Shown here: piece by piece, positions 43,604 through 53,977 of the stretch
How positions within the stretch are numbered: position 1 is the stretch's first letter
Layout of the letters: each line of letters begins with the position of its first letter
Assembly: GCA_965219415.1 (NCBI GenBank)
Contig: OZ244742.1
Location: forward strand, 160,001-224,000
Origin: Candidatus Marinacidobacterales bacterium
GTDB lineage: Bacteria > Acidobacteriota > Vicinamibacteria > Marinacidobacterales > DATDRI01
Reading direction: 5' to 3'
Length of the DNA: 64,000 nt
Position numbers and translations under genes: made by a program
Notes under the pieces: generated by a model
What the model was told of the DNA's origin: nothing
Databases searched by the model: none
The model's input: the letters and a program-made list of their open reading frames with translations, nothing else

Positions 43604-44926
43604 TTACTTGCGACGTTTTCTAAACGTCACCCGAATGGGTGTGCCCTCGAACCCGAACTCCTCGCGAAGGCGCCGGGCGAGGTAGCGAGTGTAGGTGGGC
43701 TCGACTTCCTTTGAATGGCTGGCGAAGACGACGAAACGGGGCGGGGCCGTGCCGACCTGCGCCATGTAGAAAAGATTGACGTCCTTGCCGTCCTTGGCCC
43801 GAGGGGGATGATGGCTCACCTGGGCCTGAAGAAATTGATTAAGTTGAGGTGTAGCAATACGTTGTGTCTGGTGCTTCCGAACCCTGTCGACGAGAGGAAG
43901 GATCTTGTGCGCACCCCTCCCCTGGAGAGCCGAAACGAACACCAGGGGTGCGAAGGCGAGATGCGGGAGCTCTTCGGCTACATCCTCTCGGCGCTCTCGA
44001 GCCTCCTTCTCGCGCTCCTCGACGATATCCCATTTGTTGAAGACGACAATGGCTCCTCGGCCGGCGCTAGCCACCTTGCCGGCGATGGCGCGGTCCTCAC
44101 TCGTCAGCCCTTCGCTGGCATCCACGACCAGCAAGCAAATGTGCGCCCGGGAGATGGCGCGTTCGGCGTAGAGCACACCCAGCTGATCGGCGCGCGAGGG
44201 TGTCTTGCCGCGCCGGCGAATCCCCGCGGTGTCCACGAAACGGTAGACGCGTCCCTCGACTTCGAGCACCGTATCCACGGGGTCGCGTGTGGTGCCAGCC
44301 ATTTCGCTAACCACCGCACGTTCTTCGCCGGCGAGCCGATTCAATAGAGAGGACTTGCCGACGTTTGGACGCCCCACGATCGCGATTCGAATTTCATCCC
44401 GCGCCTCGAGCTCACTTGTTTCCGGCAAGCGCCTCGCGATCTCGTCCAAGAGCTCGTTGACGCCCAGACCGTGCTCGGCGGAAATCTGAAAGAGCGCCCC
44501 AAAACCTAAGCGGTGAAACTCCATGGCTTCGACTTCCCGGCGCCGATGGTCGACCTTGTTCACGACCAGCAGCACTCTCTCGGAGTGGGGCCGAAGTTTC
44601 TGGGCGAGCCCTTCGTCCTCCGACACAATCCCCGCGATACCGTCCACGACCCAGCACAGCAGATCGCCCGCTTCGATCGCGACCTCGCACTGCGTGACCA
44701 CCTGCTGTTCGAGCGAAGTACCCGGACGATGGTAGAGGCCACCGGTGTCCACGAGCTCGAAGTCCTTGCCGGACCAGTTGGCGGGCGCCTGGTTTCGGTC
44801 TCGAGTCGACCCAGCAACCGGGTCGACGATCGCGCGACGCACACCGGTAATTCGATTGAAGAGAGTCGATTTGCCGACGTTCGGTCGCCCCACGATGGCG
44901 ACCACCGGAAGTGCTTTCTCGCCCAT
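43604..44926 (-). CDS. der: Ribosome biogenesis GTPase Der
   Basis: Two GRPNVGKS P-loops, DTGG/DTAG, NKVD/NKWD, FGFEGTPI. Confidence 0.97.
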   Translation of the reverse strand: MGEKALPVVAIVGRPNVGKSTLFNRITGVRRAIVDPVAGSTRDRNQAPANWSGKDFELVDTGGLYHRPGTSLEQQVVTQCEVAIEAGDLLCWVVDGIAGIVSEDEGLAQKLRPHSERVLLVVNKVDHRRREVEAMEFHRLGFGALFQISAEHGLGVNELLDEIARRLPETSELEARDEIRIAIVGRPNVGKSSLLNRLAGEERAVVSEMAGTTRDPVDTVLEVEGRVYRFVDTAGIRRRGKTPSRADQLGVLYAERAISRAHICLLVVDASEGLTSEDRAIAGKVASAGRGAIVVFNKWDIVEEREKEARERREDVAEELPHLAFAPLVFVSALQGRGAHKILPLVDRVRKHQTQRIATPQLNQFLQAQVSHHPPRAKDGKDVNLFYMAQVGTAPPRFVVFASHSKEVEPTYTRYLARRLREEFGFEGTPIRVTFRKRRK

Positions 44927-45037
44927 ATCTCTTTATGAATCTATCAGTTCCGAGGAAGGTCTCCGAGTATAGCACCGCTCGAGACCGCGGGCAACCCGCT
45001 AACCTCGCTGTTTAGAGCATGATATGGGGGAAAGTGC

Positions 45038-45067
45038 TTGACACGTTCTCGATGCTCCCCCTATAAT
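45038..45067 (+). promoter_or_regulatory. Consensus sigma70 promoter of the HU gene
   Basis: TTGACA-N18-TATAAT; GGAGG RBS downstream. Confidence 0.8.
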
Positions 45068-45095
45068 AAACGCTGCTATCTCTCGGGAGGTCAAT

Positions 45096-45365
45096 ATGAT
45101 AAAGGTAGACATCATCAACGAGGTGTCTGCTGCCGCGAACATCACAAAAGTGAAATCTGAGCAGGCGGTGGAGGCGGTCTTGGACGCCATGAAACAGTCG
45201 ATGAAGCGCGGCGAGCGCATCGAACTGCGAGGCTTTGGCGTCTTCCAGGTCAAGCCGCGCAAGCGGGGCATTGGCCGGAACCCGCGGACCGGGAAAGAGG
45301 TTCGGATACCTCCCGGACGAACCATCCGCTTCAAGCCTGGCAAAGATCTACAGAGCATTCCCTAG
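45096..45365 (+). CDS. HU/IHF family DNA-binding protein
   Basis: IELRGFGVF, GRNPRTG, RFKPGK. Confidence 0.93.
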   Translation: MIKVDIINEVSAAANITKVKSEQAVEAVLDAMKQSMKRGERIELRGFGVFQVKPRKRGIGRNPRTGKEVRIPPGRTIRFKPGKDLQSIP

Positions 45366-45389
45366 TCTCGCGGGGAAATTCTCCTTCCG

Positions 45390-46403
45390 CTGACTCGGGC
45401 TTTCTCCGAGGCACCTATCTCTTCGCCGACTTCCCCTCTCCGAGTCGAGCTCCCAGGGCCGGCCTACAGCCGAGCCCCTAGAGCATCTCGAACCGAGCCG
45501 CGTTTCCCTATCGTCCAGCTCGTCCTGTTCCTCCTGACGATCGCGTCAACCCTACTGGTCGGCGCCTACCAAGGACTAGCGTTCGCCTCTGCCGAGGCGC
45601 AGGAGCTTTTCCCCGACGTGATGTCGCTCGCAGAACGGCTTCAAACTGTTCTGACCTACGGTGCCCCTTTCAGCTTTACCATCATCGCGATCTTGCTCTC
45701 CCATGAAATGGGTCACTACCTCACCGCCCGCTACTACCGAGTCAAAGCCAGCCTCCCTTACTTCATTCCCTTCCCGTTTTCGATCATCGGAACCATGGGA
45801 GCGTTCATCCTCATCCGATCGCCATTCCCGCACCGCCGTTCGCTCATCGACATTGGTTTGGCCGGCCCGTTCGCGGGCTTCATCGTCACCATACCCGCTC
45901 TCTTCGTCGGCATCTCCCAGTCGAAGCTCGGCCCGCCCCTCGGTGTCGATGGTCTTACGTTGGGAGAACCCATTCTCTTTAGGCTGGTCAGCGCGTTGAT
46001 CTGGCCTGATACACCTGCCGACCAAGTTCTGTACATCAGTCCGGTAGGACTCGCAGCCTGGTTCGGCCTACTCGCCACGGCGATCAACCTGATGCCTATC
46101 GGACAGTTCGACGGCGGACACGCCACGTATGCGCTTCTGCGCCGCAACGCGCATCGAGTGTCCCGTATCGCTTTCTTTCTTCTCTTCCCGATGGCCTACT
46201 TCGGCCCGACCTGGCTGGTATGGGCGATGCTGGCTTTTCTGCTCGGGATCCGGCGACCGCACCCGCCGACCCTCAGCGATGAGACTCCTCTACCGAAAAG
46301 CCGCAAATGGATGGGAGTCCTGGGTTACGCGACCTTTATTTTGTGCTTCACCCCGGAGCCGATCGTCTTCAGCTGGAGCGAGCTCTTGGGAGGCGTTCCC
46401 TGA
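45390..46403 (+). CDS. Site-2 protease (M50) family metalloprotease (start uncertain)
   Basis: HEMGH, AGPFAG, NLMPIGQFDGGH; first TM lies upstream of 45618 in frame. Confidence 0.88.
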   Translation: MTRAFSEAPISSPTSPLRVELPGPAYSRAPRASRTEPRFPIVQLVLFLLTIASTLLVGAYQGLAFASAEAQELFPDVMSLAERLQTVLTYGAPFSFTIIAILLSHEMGHYLTARYYRVKASLPYFIPFPFSIIGTMGAFILIRSPFPHRRSLIDIGLAGPFAGFIVTIPALFVGISQSKLGPPLGVDGLTLGEPILFRLVSALIWPDTPADQVLYISPVGLAAWFGLLATAINLMPIGQFDGGHATYALLRRNAHRVSRIAFFLLFPMAYFGPTWLVWAMLAFLLGIRRPHPPTLSDETPLPKSRKWMGVLGYATFILCFTPEPIVFSWSELLGGVP

Positions 46404-46437
46404 GGGCTAATCGGGAAGCACAGTGAGTCCAAGTGCT

Positions 46438-46653
46438 TTACCGCCCCATAGCGCCAGCCACCACGAGTTCGGCCAGCGGACGCGGACCGTTCCGACTGTT
46501 GGCAACAGAGTGCATCGCTTCGGTGATAACGGCGCTGGTCGTGGCAAGCTGCCCAGTGAAGCCATCCAAGCACTCCATAACGTCTGCGTGCGAGGGATCG
46601 TTCGCGTCCAAGTACGCGACCAGGAGTCCAGTGTCCAACAACCAAGCCTTCAC
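46438..46653 (-). pseudogene. VapC/PIN toxin, truncated
   Basis: LLDTGLLVAYLDAND..H, TTSAVITEA; only 71 aa. Confidence 0.8.
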
Positions 46654-46886
46654 GAGCGCCAGTTCCGCTGCCGAAGCGCCTTCCTCCAGGCCTCGGTTGT
46701 CGCTCGTCTTGGAAGCCTTAGTCCACCCTTGATATGGCCGGTGCGCGCACGCACGGGACGCTCCGCGAGGCCGCGGAGGAGGATCTCCCGTGCGACCTGC
46801 GAAACCGTCTTCCCTTCGGCTTCGGCGCTTTTTTCCAGGGCCTCTCGCAACGACTCGTCGATCCGAATGGCAAGTCTCGTACTCAT
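46650..46886 (-). CDS. Ribbon-helix-helix (CopG) antitoxin
   Basis: LAIRIDESLREALEKSAEAEGKTVSQVAREIL; overlaps the PIN gene start. Confidence 0.8.
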   Translation of the reverse strand: MSTRLAIRIDESLREALEKSAEAEGKTVSQVAREILLRGLAERPVRARTGHIKGGLRLPRRATTEAWRKALRQRNWRS

Positions 46887-46979
46887 GGATACAGTGTATG
46901 ACACCTTCTACGTGACAACTACGCGTACATCCGGGGCGCCGATCTAGAAGGCGTGTAAACCGAAAGGAGCAATTTCAAG

Positions 46980-47570
46980 ATGAGCACAAGAGATATCTCG
47001 TTACCGGCCGCGCTGGTCGAGCTCTGAACGGCTGGCTGTGCCCCACAGCCCACCAGTGACGCTGCCGACACCGTCTACACCAACGGCAAGATCTACACCG
47101 TCAACGAAGCCCAGCCCTGGGCCGAGGCGGTAGCGATCAAGAGCGGCAAGTTCCTGGCGGTGGGGTCGAATGCCGACGTCGAGGCGGTCACTGGCGACGG
47201 CACTGACGTCACTGATCTCGACGGCGCCTTTGCGATGCCGGGGCTCATCGACATTCACGGGTTCCACGGAATGTCCACCGAGAATCGCGTGTACTGTGAG
47301 CTCAAGGGGACCTTCTGGGAGCCGACCGAGGAACAGATCCTCGCGGACCTGCGAGCATGTGCCGAGAACTTCCCAGCCGAGCCCGAGTGGTTCATCGCGG
47401 AGGGGTTCACGCCGGGCTCGATGTCGAAGGAGGCTTTGAGCCTGGCGACGCTCGACGAGATCGTTCCGGACAAGCCTGCCTACGTCCAGGATGAGTCCGG
47501 ACACAACGCCTGGGTGAATACGCGGGCATTGGAGGTCGCGAGAGTCACTGCTGAAACTCCCGACCCGGTG
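46980..47570 (+). pseudogene. YtcJ-like amidohydrolase, N-terminal fragment
   Basis: NGKIYTVNEAQPWAEAVAI, MPGLIDIH, ESGHNAWVNTRAL. Confidence 0.8.
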
Positions 47571-47631
47571 GCTGAGAGCGAGAAACTCCCCCTTAACCTA
47601 TTGATACAGCGCCACTTAATATGCCCAGCGA

Positions 47632-48523
47632 CTAAGACGTCGAGTCCGAGTCACTACGGTAGCGCTCTTCCTCTCGGTAGTAGTCTTCGAAACCTGCGAG
47701 CTCTCGAAGCTCTTTGAACGAGATGTGCGCTTTGGGGTGACCTTCTCTAAGGGCGCTGAGGGCTTCCTTCATCGCGGAGATGCTCGCGCCGAAGACGGTG
47801 AAGGGATGGGCAACGAGCTTGAATCCGATCTCTTGCAGTCGCTCATCAGACAAAATGGGGGTCGCCCCGTCTTCGAGCATGTTGGCCATGTGGTGACCGG
47901 GGACGCGTCGACAGATCTCTTGCATTTCCTCTTCGGAGGTGGGGGCCTCGACGAACAGCATGTCCGCGCCGACAGCGGAGAACGCTTTCGCCCTCGCGAG
48001 GGCCTCCTCGAGTCCGTCGGTCCCTAGCGCATCGGTGCGCGCCATAACGAGAATGTCGGCACCTTCATCGCGAGCGTCAACCGCGGCCCTGGATTCGGGC
48101 CACGGCCTCCCCTCTCGAGACGACGCTCTTCCCTCTCGTATGACCACATCGCTTCGGCCAGACTTGGTCTTCGATCATCACACCCGCGAATCCGGCATTT
48201 GCGTAGCCGCCAACCGTTCGCTTCACGTTGACCGCGTTGCCGTAACCGGTGTCGCCATCCCCAATGATAGGGATCGAAACGGCAGAGCAAATGTTCCGCC
48301 CCTGCTCGAGCATCTCGCCGTAAGAGACGAGCCCGGTGTCGGGTAGTCCGAACCGAGCCGCGGCGACCGCGAAGCCGCTCATGAACGATAGAGGAAAACC
48401 AGCTGCTTCGATCAACCGCGCCGAAAGCGCGTCGTAGCAGCACGGAAAGGGGAGGATTCCCGGACCCTTCAGTAGCAGTCTGAGCTTATCGGCAGGAGAA
48501 GAACCGCGTCCATTCGCTGTCAC
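47632..48523 (-). pseudogene. Isocitrate lyase/PEP mutase family protein, frameshift near 48090
   Basis: YDALSARL, DGDTGYG, IEDQVWPKRCGH, MARTDA, FVEAP. Confidence 0.88.
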
Positions 48524-48789
48524 CGGGCGCTTATATCATAGTGGCTCTGCTTTTACCTTGATTTCCGCGTGTTTCAGCCACCCCGAGGCTCCAAGTGTCC
48601 GTAGTATTCCGGATGGCGCCGCTGGTTGCCACCACGCTATGGTTAGCGTTCTGCCGGATTGCGAAATGACAACGCACGGATTTCATTGGACATTCGGTTG
48701 CGCGGCGAACTTGGCGCTCTTCTTATTGCCCCTCGGCCACCTTGTCCAAGCGAGCGGCCAGCAACAGGGACAAACGTCTTTCGCTCGAG

Positions 48790-49520
48790 ATGAATTGGAA
48801 CAATCCCGAGGTGGATCCGTTACCCGAATTGCGCCAGCTGCGCGCAGATTTCGATTCCGAGCTGGTGAAGGTCATCAGGCTGAAAGTGAACGCCGACAGC
48901 AGCACGGTGCGACCCGCATGTTCCTCGACGCCGTTGAAGCGGCCATAGCCGCGAACCCCGATCGTGACCGCCGCCATGTGATTTCGCACACCTCGCTGGT
49001 CCACCCGGACGACGTTCCGCGGTTCTCGGAACTGGGCGTGATTGCCGACTTCCAGACTTCGTGGGCTACTCTCGACCCGCTTAGTGAAGGTATTACGGTC
49101 GACGCCTCGGCACGGAACGCCGCGATCGCTACTATCCCATCAAAGGAGCTACGGGATGCCGGCGCGCATGTCTCCATCAGCTCCGATTGGCCGGTAGCGG
49201 GCTATGCGCCTACTCACAAGCCCCTGGTCTCCATTCAGGTGGCCGTGACCCGTCAGGCGGCGGTGCCTCCCCGAAGAGATCCTCTGGGGGGAGAATCTGC
49301 CCGTCTGTCGGTAGAGGAAGCGATTCGTGCCCATACCTTGGGCCAGGCCTACGCGCTCGGCGAGGAGGATCGGCTCGGCTCCCTCGAGGTCGGCAAGAAG
49401 GCGGACCTCATTGTGCTCGAGGAAAGCCTCCTTGAGGTCGACATGTACGACATCGGCGAGACGGCTGTGCAGCTGACGATGATGAACGGTCGAATCACGC
49501 ACCGCGACGAAACGTTCTAA
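48790..49520 (+). pseudogene. YtcJ-like amidohydrolase, C-terminal fragment
   Basis: RHVISH, SSDWPV, GSLEVGKKADLIVL. Confidence 0.8.
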
Positions 49521-49631
49521 GAGTCGCGCCAGCTCGCCTACAACAACGCCCTGTCGGCTCGGCGTTGCCGGTGCCGAGGCCCAAGAGGCCCCGCTCCTCA
49601 CCTTGCCGGTCGGCCCCTAGTGCCCGTCCGA

Positions 49632-52091
49632 TTAGGAAAGCGTCATTGGATCCACGTCGACCAACATGTACTTCGAAAGATCGGGGTCCTGAACCATCGC
49701 GCGAAGGCGCCGACGGACCTCGCGGTGCTGCGATCGTGGTAGCTTCACCAAAATCTGACAGCGATGGCGGCCCGCCACTTTCGAACGAGGGGCAAAGGCC
49801 GGCCCCAGCACTTCGACGCCCGCTAGATTGGCGCGATTGAGTGCTTGAGCAACGCTTCGGGCTCGTTTGGTGGCTCCCGCCATGGCCTCGGCTTCTAGAA
49901 TGATATTAATGATGTAGATGCTCGGCGGGTAATGGAGCGCACGACGGAACGCGATCTCTTCGTCGTAGAATCCTTGGTAGTTTTGGCCGCTCGCATGATG
50001 GAGAGCATAGTGATCCGGGGAAAACGTCTGGATCAGTACCTCCCCGACCCTTTGACCCCGGCCCGCACGGCCGGCCACCTGGGTGAGGAGTTGGAACGTC
50101 CTTTCCGCGGCCCGAAAGTCGGGAACTCCCAAGCCGACGTCGGCCGCCAGAACCCCGACCAGAGTGACCGCCGGGAAATCGTGGCCTTTGGCTAACATCT
50201 GGGTTCCGACAAGCAGATCGATCTCTCCACCGGCGAAACGGGAGAGCAACGACTCGTAACTTCCTTTGCGACGCATGGTGTCCCGGTCCATGCGCGACGC
50301 GCGGATCTTCGGAAAGACTTCCTTGAGCAACTCCTCCACTCTCTCTGTTCCGTAACCTCGCCGTCTTAGATACTCGCCCCGGCACACATCACACTGCTTG
50401 GGTGTCGGACGTCCGAGGCCGCAATAGTGACAAACGGCAAGACTGCCTCGCTCATGAAGCGTCAGTGCGACACTACACTCGCTGCAGTTCGCAGCAAGAC
50501 CGCACTCCCGACACACGAGCTGCGTCGCGTATCCCCGACGATTGAGAAGAATGAGAGCCTGCTCTCGGGCCGATAGGCGCTTTTCGATCGCGTCGCGAAG
50601 AGGTTCCGACAGGATGGTCTCAGGGCCTTCCGCGCGGACGACGTCTTTCATGTCAATGAGCTCGACTCGAGCCAAGGGCCGACCGCCGATACGCTCGGGA
50701 AGCGTCGTCAGACGATAACGTCCTTGCAGCGAATGCGTGTACGACTCCAGGGACGGTGTCGCAGAACCCAGGACGACCACCGCACCCTCATCTTTCGCTC
50801 GCTTGATGGCTACATCGCGCGCGTTGTAGCGAGGCGCCTCCTCCTGCTTGTAGGAGCCCTCCTGTTCCTCATCCACCACCACCAGCCCGATCTTTTGGAG
50901 GGGAGCGAGAACCGCGGCTCGCGCGCCGACGACAACGCGGGCTTCACCGTTACGTATCCGCCACCACTCGTCGCGCCTCTCCCCGGTTCCCAGGGCGCTG
51001 TGCAGAATCGCGACCTTGGATTGAAAGCGTTGCTGCAAAAGCCCGGCAAGCCGCGGTGTCAAAGCGATTTCGGGGACCAAGAGGAGTGCGGTTCGTCCTG
51101 CCGCTAGGGCCGACTCTACCGCGCGCAAATAGACTTCCGTCTTGCCGCTCCCGGTGACTCCGTGCAAAACCATCACCGAGAACTGGCGGCGCGACATCGA
51201 TTGCTCGATTTCGGAGATCACCGCGCTCTGGCCCCCGGTCGGATTGAGCGGCCCTTCGTCGGCTACCCTGAGACGTCCCCACGGACTTTGAGGCGCCGCC
51301 CGCTGCTTCGAGAGCTCGATGTAGCCACGTTTCGCGAGAGTTCGAAGCGGGCCGTCTTTCAAACCCAACTCGTTTCGTATTGTGCGGAGCGGCACCGCAT
51401 CGGTGGCAGTCGCGAGAAGGGTAAGCACGCGGGAGGTGGTAGGCTTGAGTGTTTGCGAATCGAGCGCCTGACGACCTTCTTTCGTGATCGATCCCGCCCA
51501 CACTTGCGGAATTCCACCCGATGGACTCTTTTCGACCCGCTCCACGTACCCTTCATCGACCAGAAAGCGTAAAGGCGCACCGACCCGAGAGCTTCCCACC
51601 GCACGGGACAGAGCCCGAGATGCCATGGGCTTCTCGAGCGCGAGTAGCACGCGCTCCCTCAAACTGCCGGCCTTGAGCCTTGCCTCTCCGGCCTTCTGGG
51701 TTCGCCGATAACGAACGGTTCCCGCCCGTCCCGTTTCCGGAGGTAGGAGTGCTCGCAAGACCTCGCCCGGAGGCGCGAGATAGTAGTCTGCGATCCACTC
51801 CGCTAGTGCGAGGGGCTTCTTCGCGACAACCGGCTCCGAATCCAATGAAGAAAGAAGCGGTAGGATCTTCGTGCCCGGAGGCAGCGCCGGCGGATGCTCT
51901 TCGATTTGAACGACACAGCCGATCAAAACGCGGGGGCCGAAACGCACTTTCACCCGGCAACCCGGCGCAAGATGGTTCAGGGAATGTGGCACTCCATAGG
52001 AAAAAGCCTGCTGAAGCGGTAAGGGAAGCGCCACCCGGGCGTAGCGCGGGAACCGAGAATCGCGGGGCGACGAACGACTACCGTTGCTCAT
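49632..52091 (-). CDS. priA: Primosomal protein N' (replication restart helicase)
   Basis: GVTGSGKTEVY, VPEIALTP, SATPSLES, NRRGY, four CxxC, GTQMLAKG, QVAGRAGR. Confidence 0.97.
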   Translation of the reverse strand: MSNGSRSSPRDSRFPRYARVALPLPLQQAFSYGVPHSLNHLAPGCRVKVRFGPRVLIGCVVQIEEHPPALPPGTKILPLLSSLDSEPVVAKKPLALAEWIADYYLAPPGEVLRALLPPETGRAGTVRYRRTQKAGEARLKAGSLRERVLLALEKPMASRALSRAVGSSRVGAPLRFLVDEGYVERVEKSPSGGIPQVWAGSITKEGRQALDSQTLKPTTSRVLTLLATATDAVPLRTIRNELGLKDGPLRTLAKRGYIELSKQRAAPQSPWGRLRVADEGPLNPTGGQSAVISEIEQSMSRRQFSVMVLHGVTGSGKTEVYLRAVESALAAGRTALLLVPEIALTPRLAGLLQQRFQSKVAILHSALGTGERRDEWWRIRNGEARVVVGARAAVLAPLQKIGLVVVDEEQEGSYKQEEAPRYNARDVAIKRAKDEGAVVVLGSATPSLESYTHSLQGRYRLTTLPERIGGRPLARVELIDMKDVVRAEGPETILSEPLRDAIEKRLSAREQALILLNRRGYATQLVCRECGLAANCSECSVALTLHERGSLAVCHYCGLGRPTPKQCDVCRGEYLRRRGYGTERVEELLKEVFPKIRASRMDRDTMRRKGSYESLLSRFAGGEIDLLVGTQMLAKGHDFPAVTLVGVLAADVGLGVPDFRAAERTFQLLTQVAGRAGRGQRVGEVLIQTFSPDHYALHHASGQNYQGFYDEEIAFRRALHYPPSIYIINIILEAEAMAGATKRARSVAQALNRANLAGVEVLGPAFAPRSKVAGRHRCQILVKLPRSQHREVRRRLRAMVQDPDLSKYMLVDVDPMTLS

Positions 52092-52776
52092 CGAGCAAGG
52101 CCCGAATGAGCTTCATGTCCTCCCAGCAGTCCCTCTTCTTTGAAGGATCGCGGAGGAGATACGCCGGATGGTAGGTCGGCACGAGCGTCGCGTCGCCAAA
52201 CGAAAAAACCTGGCCCCGAACCCGCCCCAAAGCCTTTTCGGTAGAGAGCATGGCTTGCGTCGCGACCCGGCCCAGCGTGCAGATGACTCGAGGCTTGATG
52301 GAGCTCACCTGTCGCTCCAGAAACGGCCGGCAAGCCGCAATTTCCTCGGGCTCGGGATCGCGGTTGCTGGGAGGGCGGCACTTCACGATGTTAGCAATGT
52401 AGACGTCCTCACGCGTCAGCTGGATGGCTTCGATGATCTTGGTCAGCAACTGCCCGGCCGGCCCCACAAAGGGAATACCTTTTCGATCTTCTTCATAGCC
52501 CGGGCCCTCGCCGATGAACATGAGGTCGGCATTCGCGTTCCCAACACCGAAGACCAAGCTTTGGCGTCCCTCGTGTAGCTTGCAGCGCGTGCAATCGCCG
52601 AGATCCTCACGAATAGATTCCAGAGTCTCCCCGGATGACGAGACGTCGAGTCCCTCCGGGGTTTCGGAGACCGAGGCGGGCCGCAAACCGATGGTGGTAA
52701 TCGAGGAGTAGTAGCGAAGGCGCTCGAGTAGCTGCTCAGCGAACTCTTGCTTGAGTTTGTCGTTACCCGCGCTCAC
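52078..52776 (-). CDS. Uracil-DNA glycosylase family 4
   Basis: CTRCKL, GEGPG, PFVGPAG, KCRPPSNR, YHPAYLLR. Confidence 0.95.
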   Translation of the reverse strand: MSAGNDKLKQEFAEQLLERLRYYSSITTIGLRPASVSETPEGLDVSSSGETLESIREDLGDCTRCKLHEGRQSLVFGVGNANADLMFIGEGPGYEEDRKGIPFVGPAGQLLTKIIEAIQLTREDVYIANIVKCRPPSNRDPEPEEIAACRPFLERQVSSIKPRVICTLGRVATQAMLSTEKALGRVRGQVFSFGDATLVPTYHPAYLLRDPSKKRDCWEDMKLIRALLDEQR

Positions 52777-53977
52777 GAATCCCCTCGATGCGGTCGAGAA
52801 TTCGCTCCGCGACCTCCCTCTTGCTAAGAAGCGGCAACGCCTCATCGGCACCCTGCTTCGCGAGAAGAATCACTTGGTTGGTGTCGCTCCCGAAGCCGGA
52901 GCCGTTTCGCGTGACATCGTTGGCCACCACGAGGTCGAGCTTCTTTTTCGCTAGCTTTTCTCGGGCACGAGCCGCTAGGTCTTCTGTTTCTGCGGCGAAA
53001 CCTACTATAGTCTGCCCGGAAGACCGGCGACGGCTGATCTCCATGAGTATGTCGTCCGTGCGGATCAGCTTCAGCGTCCGCGGTCCCGGCTTCTTCTTGA
53101 TCTTGGACTTCTCTTCCGTCTCTGGCCGGTAGTCGGCAACCGCGGCCGCCATGATCACGACCGATGCTTCGTCGAGCTTCGAAAGCATCGCCTCTTTCAT
53201 CTCGTCCGCCGTCTCCACCCGCACGACGTTGACACCGGGTGGATCGGGCAGCGCGGTTGGACCGCTCACCAGCACTACACGAGCGCCGCGGTCGCGGGCC
53301 GCCTCGGCCACCCGGTAGCCCATCTTGCCGCTAGAATGGTTCGTGAGTACCCGCACCGGATCGATGGGCTCGGCGGTAGGACCGGCGCTCACCAGCACCG
53401 TTTGCCCGGCTAGACTAGACTTTTTTTTTGATCGACTGGAAAGCTCGACTTTCACTCGCGCTACGATTTCCTCCGGCTCGGCAAGCCTTCCCTTCCCGAG
53501 CCACCCGCAGGCCAGCCATCCTTCTCCCGGCTCGATGAAATCGACGCCTCTTTCGCGCAAAGTCGCTATGTTGGCCTGCACCGCGGGATGGGACAGCATC
53601 TGTGTGTTCATCGCCGGCGCGATCATCACCGGAGCTCGGTTGGCCAGAGCGAAGGTGCTCAGAAAGTCGTCGGCGATTCCGTAGGCCAGCTTCGCCAAGA
53701 TGTTGGCGGTTGCAGGAGCGATCAGGAGCAATTCGCACTCTTCGGTGAGCGAGATGTGACGAACTCCTTCCTCCCGTTCCTGCCCAAAGAGCTCGCAGAT
53801 CACCGGCTCTTCCGAAAGGGTCTCCAACGTAAGCGCCGTGATGAACTCCCGAGCGCTCGCGGTCATGATCACCTGCACCGCTAGGCCGTCCTTCTTCAAA
53901 CCCCGGACAATCTCCGCGGCCTTGTAGGCGCCGATGCAGCCGGTGACCCCGAGGACGATCTTCTTGTTGGCGCTCAT
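52763..53977 (-). CDS. coaBC: Phosphopantothenoylcysteine decarboxylase/ligase
   Basis: APATAN, PAMN, AGPTAEPIDPVR, SSGKMG, AAVADY, GFAAET. Confidence 0.97.
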   Translation of the reverse strand: MSANKKIVLGVTGCIGAYKAAEIVRGLKKDGLAVQVIMTASAREFITALTLETLSEEPVICELFGQEREEGVRHISLTEECELLLIAPATANILAKLAYGIADDFLSTFALANRAPVMIAPAMNTQMLSHPAVQANIATLRERGVDFIEPGEGWLACGWLGKGRLAEPEEIVARVKVELSSRSKKKSSLAGQTVLVSAGPTAEPIDPVRVLTNHSSGKMGYRVAEAARDRGARVVLVSGPTALPDPPGVNVVRVETADEMKEAMLSKLDEASVVIMAAAVADYRPETEEKSKIKKKPGPRTLKLIRTDDILMEISRRRSSGQTIVGFAAETEDLAARAREKLAKKKLDLVVANDVTRNGSGFGSDTNQVILLAKQGADEALPLLSKREVAERILDRIEGIRERG

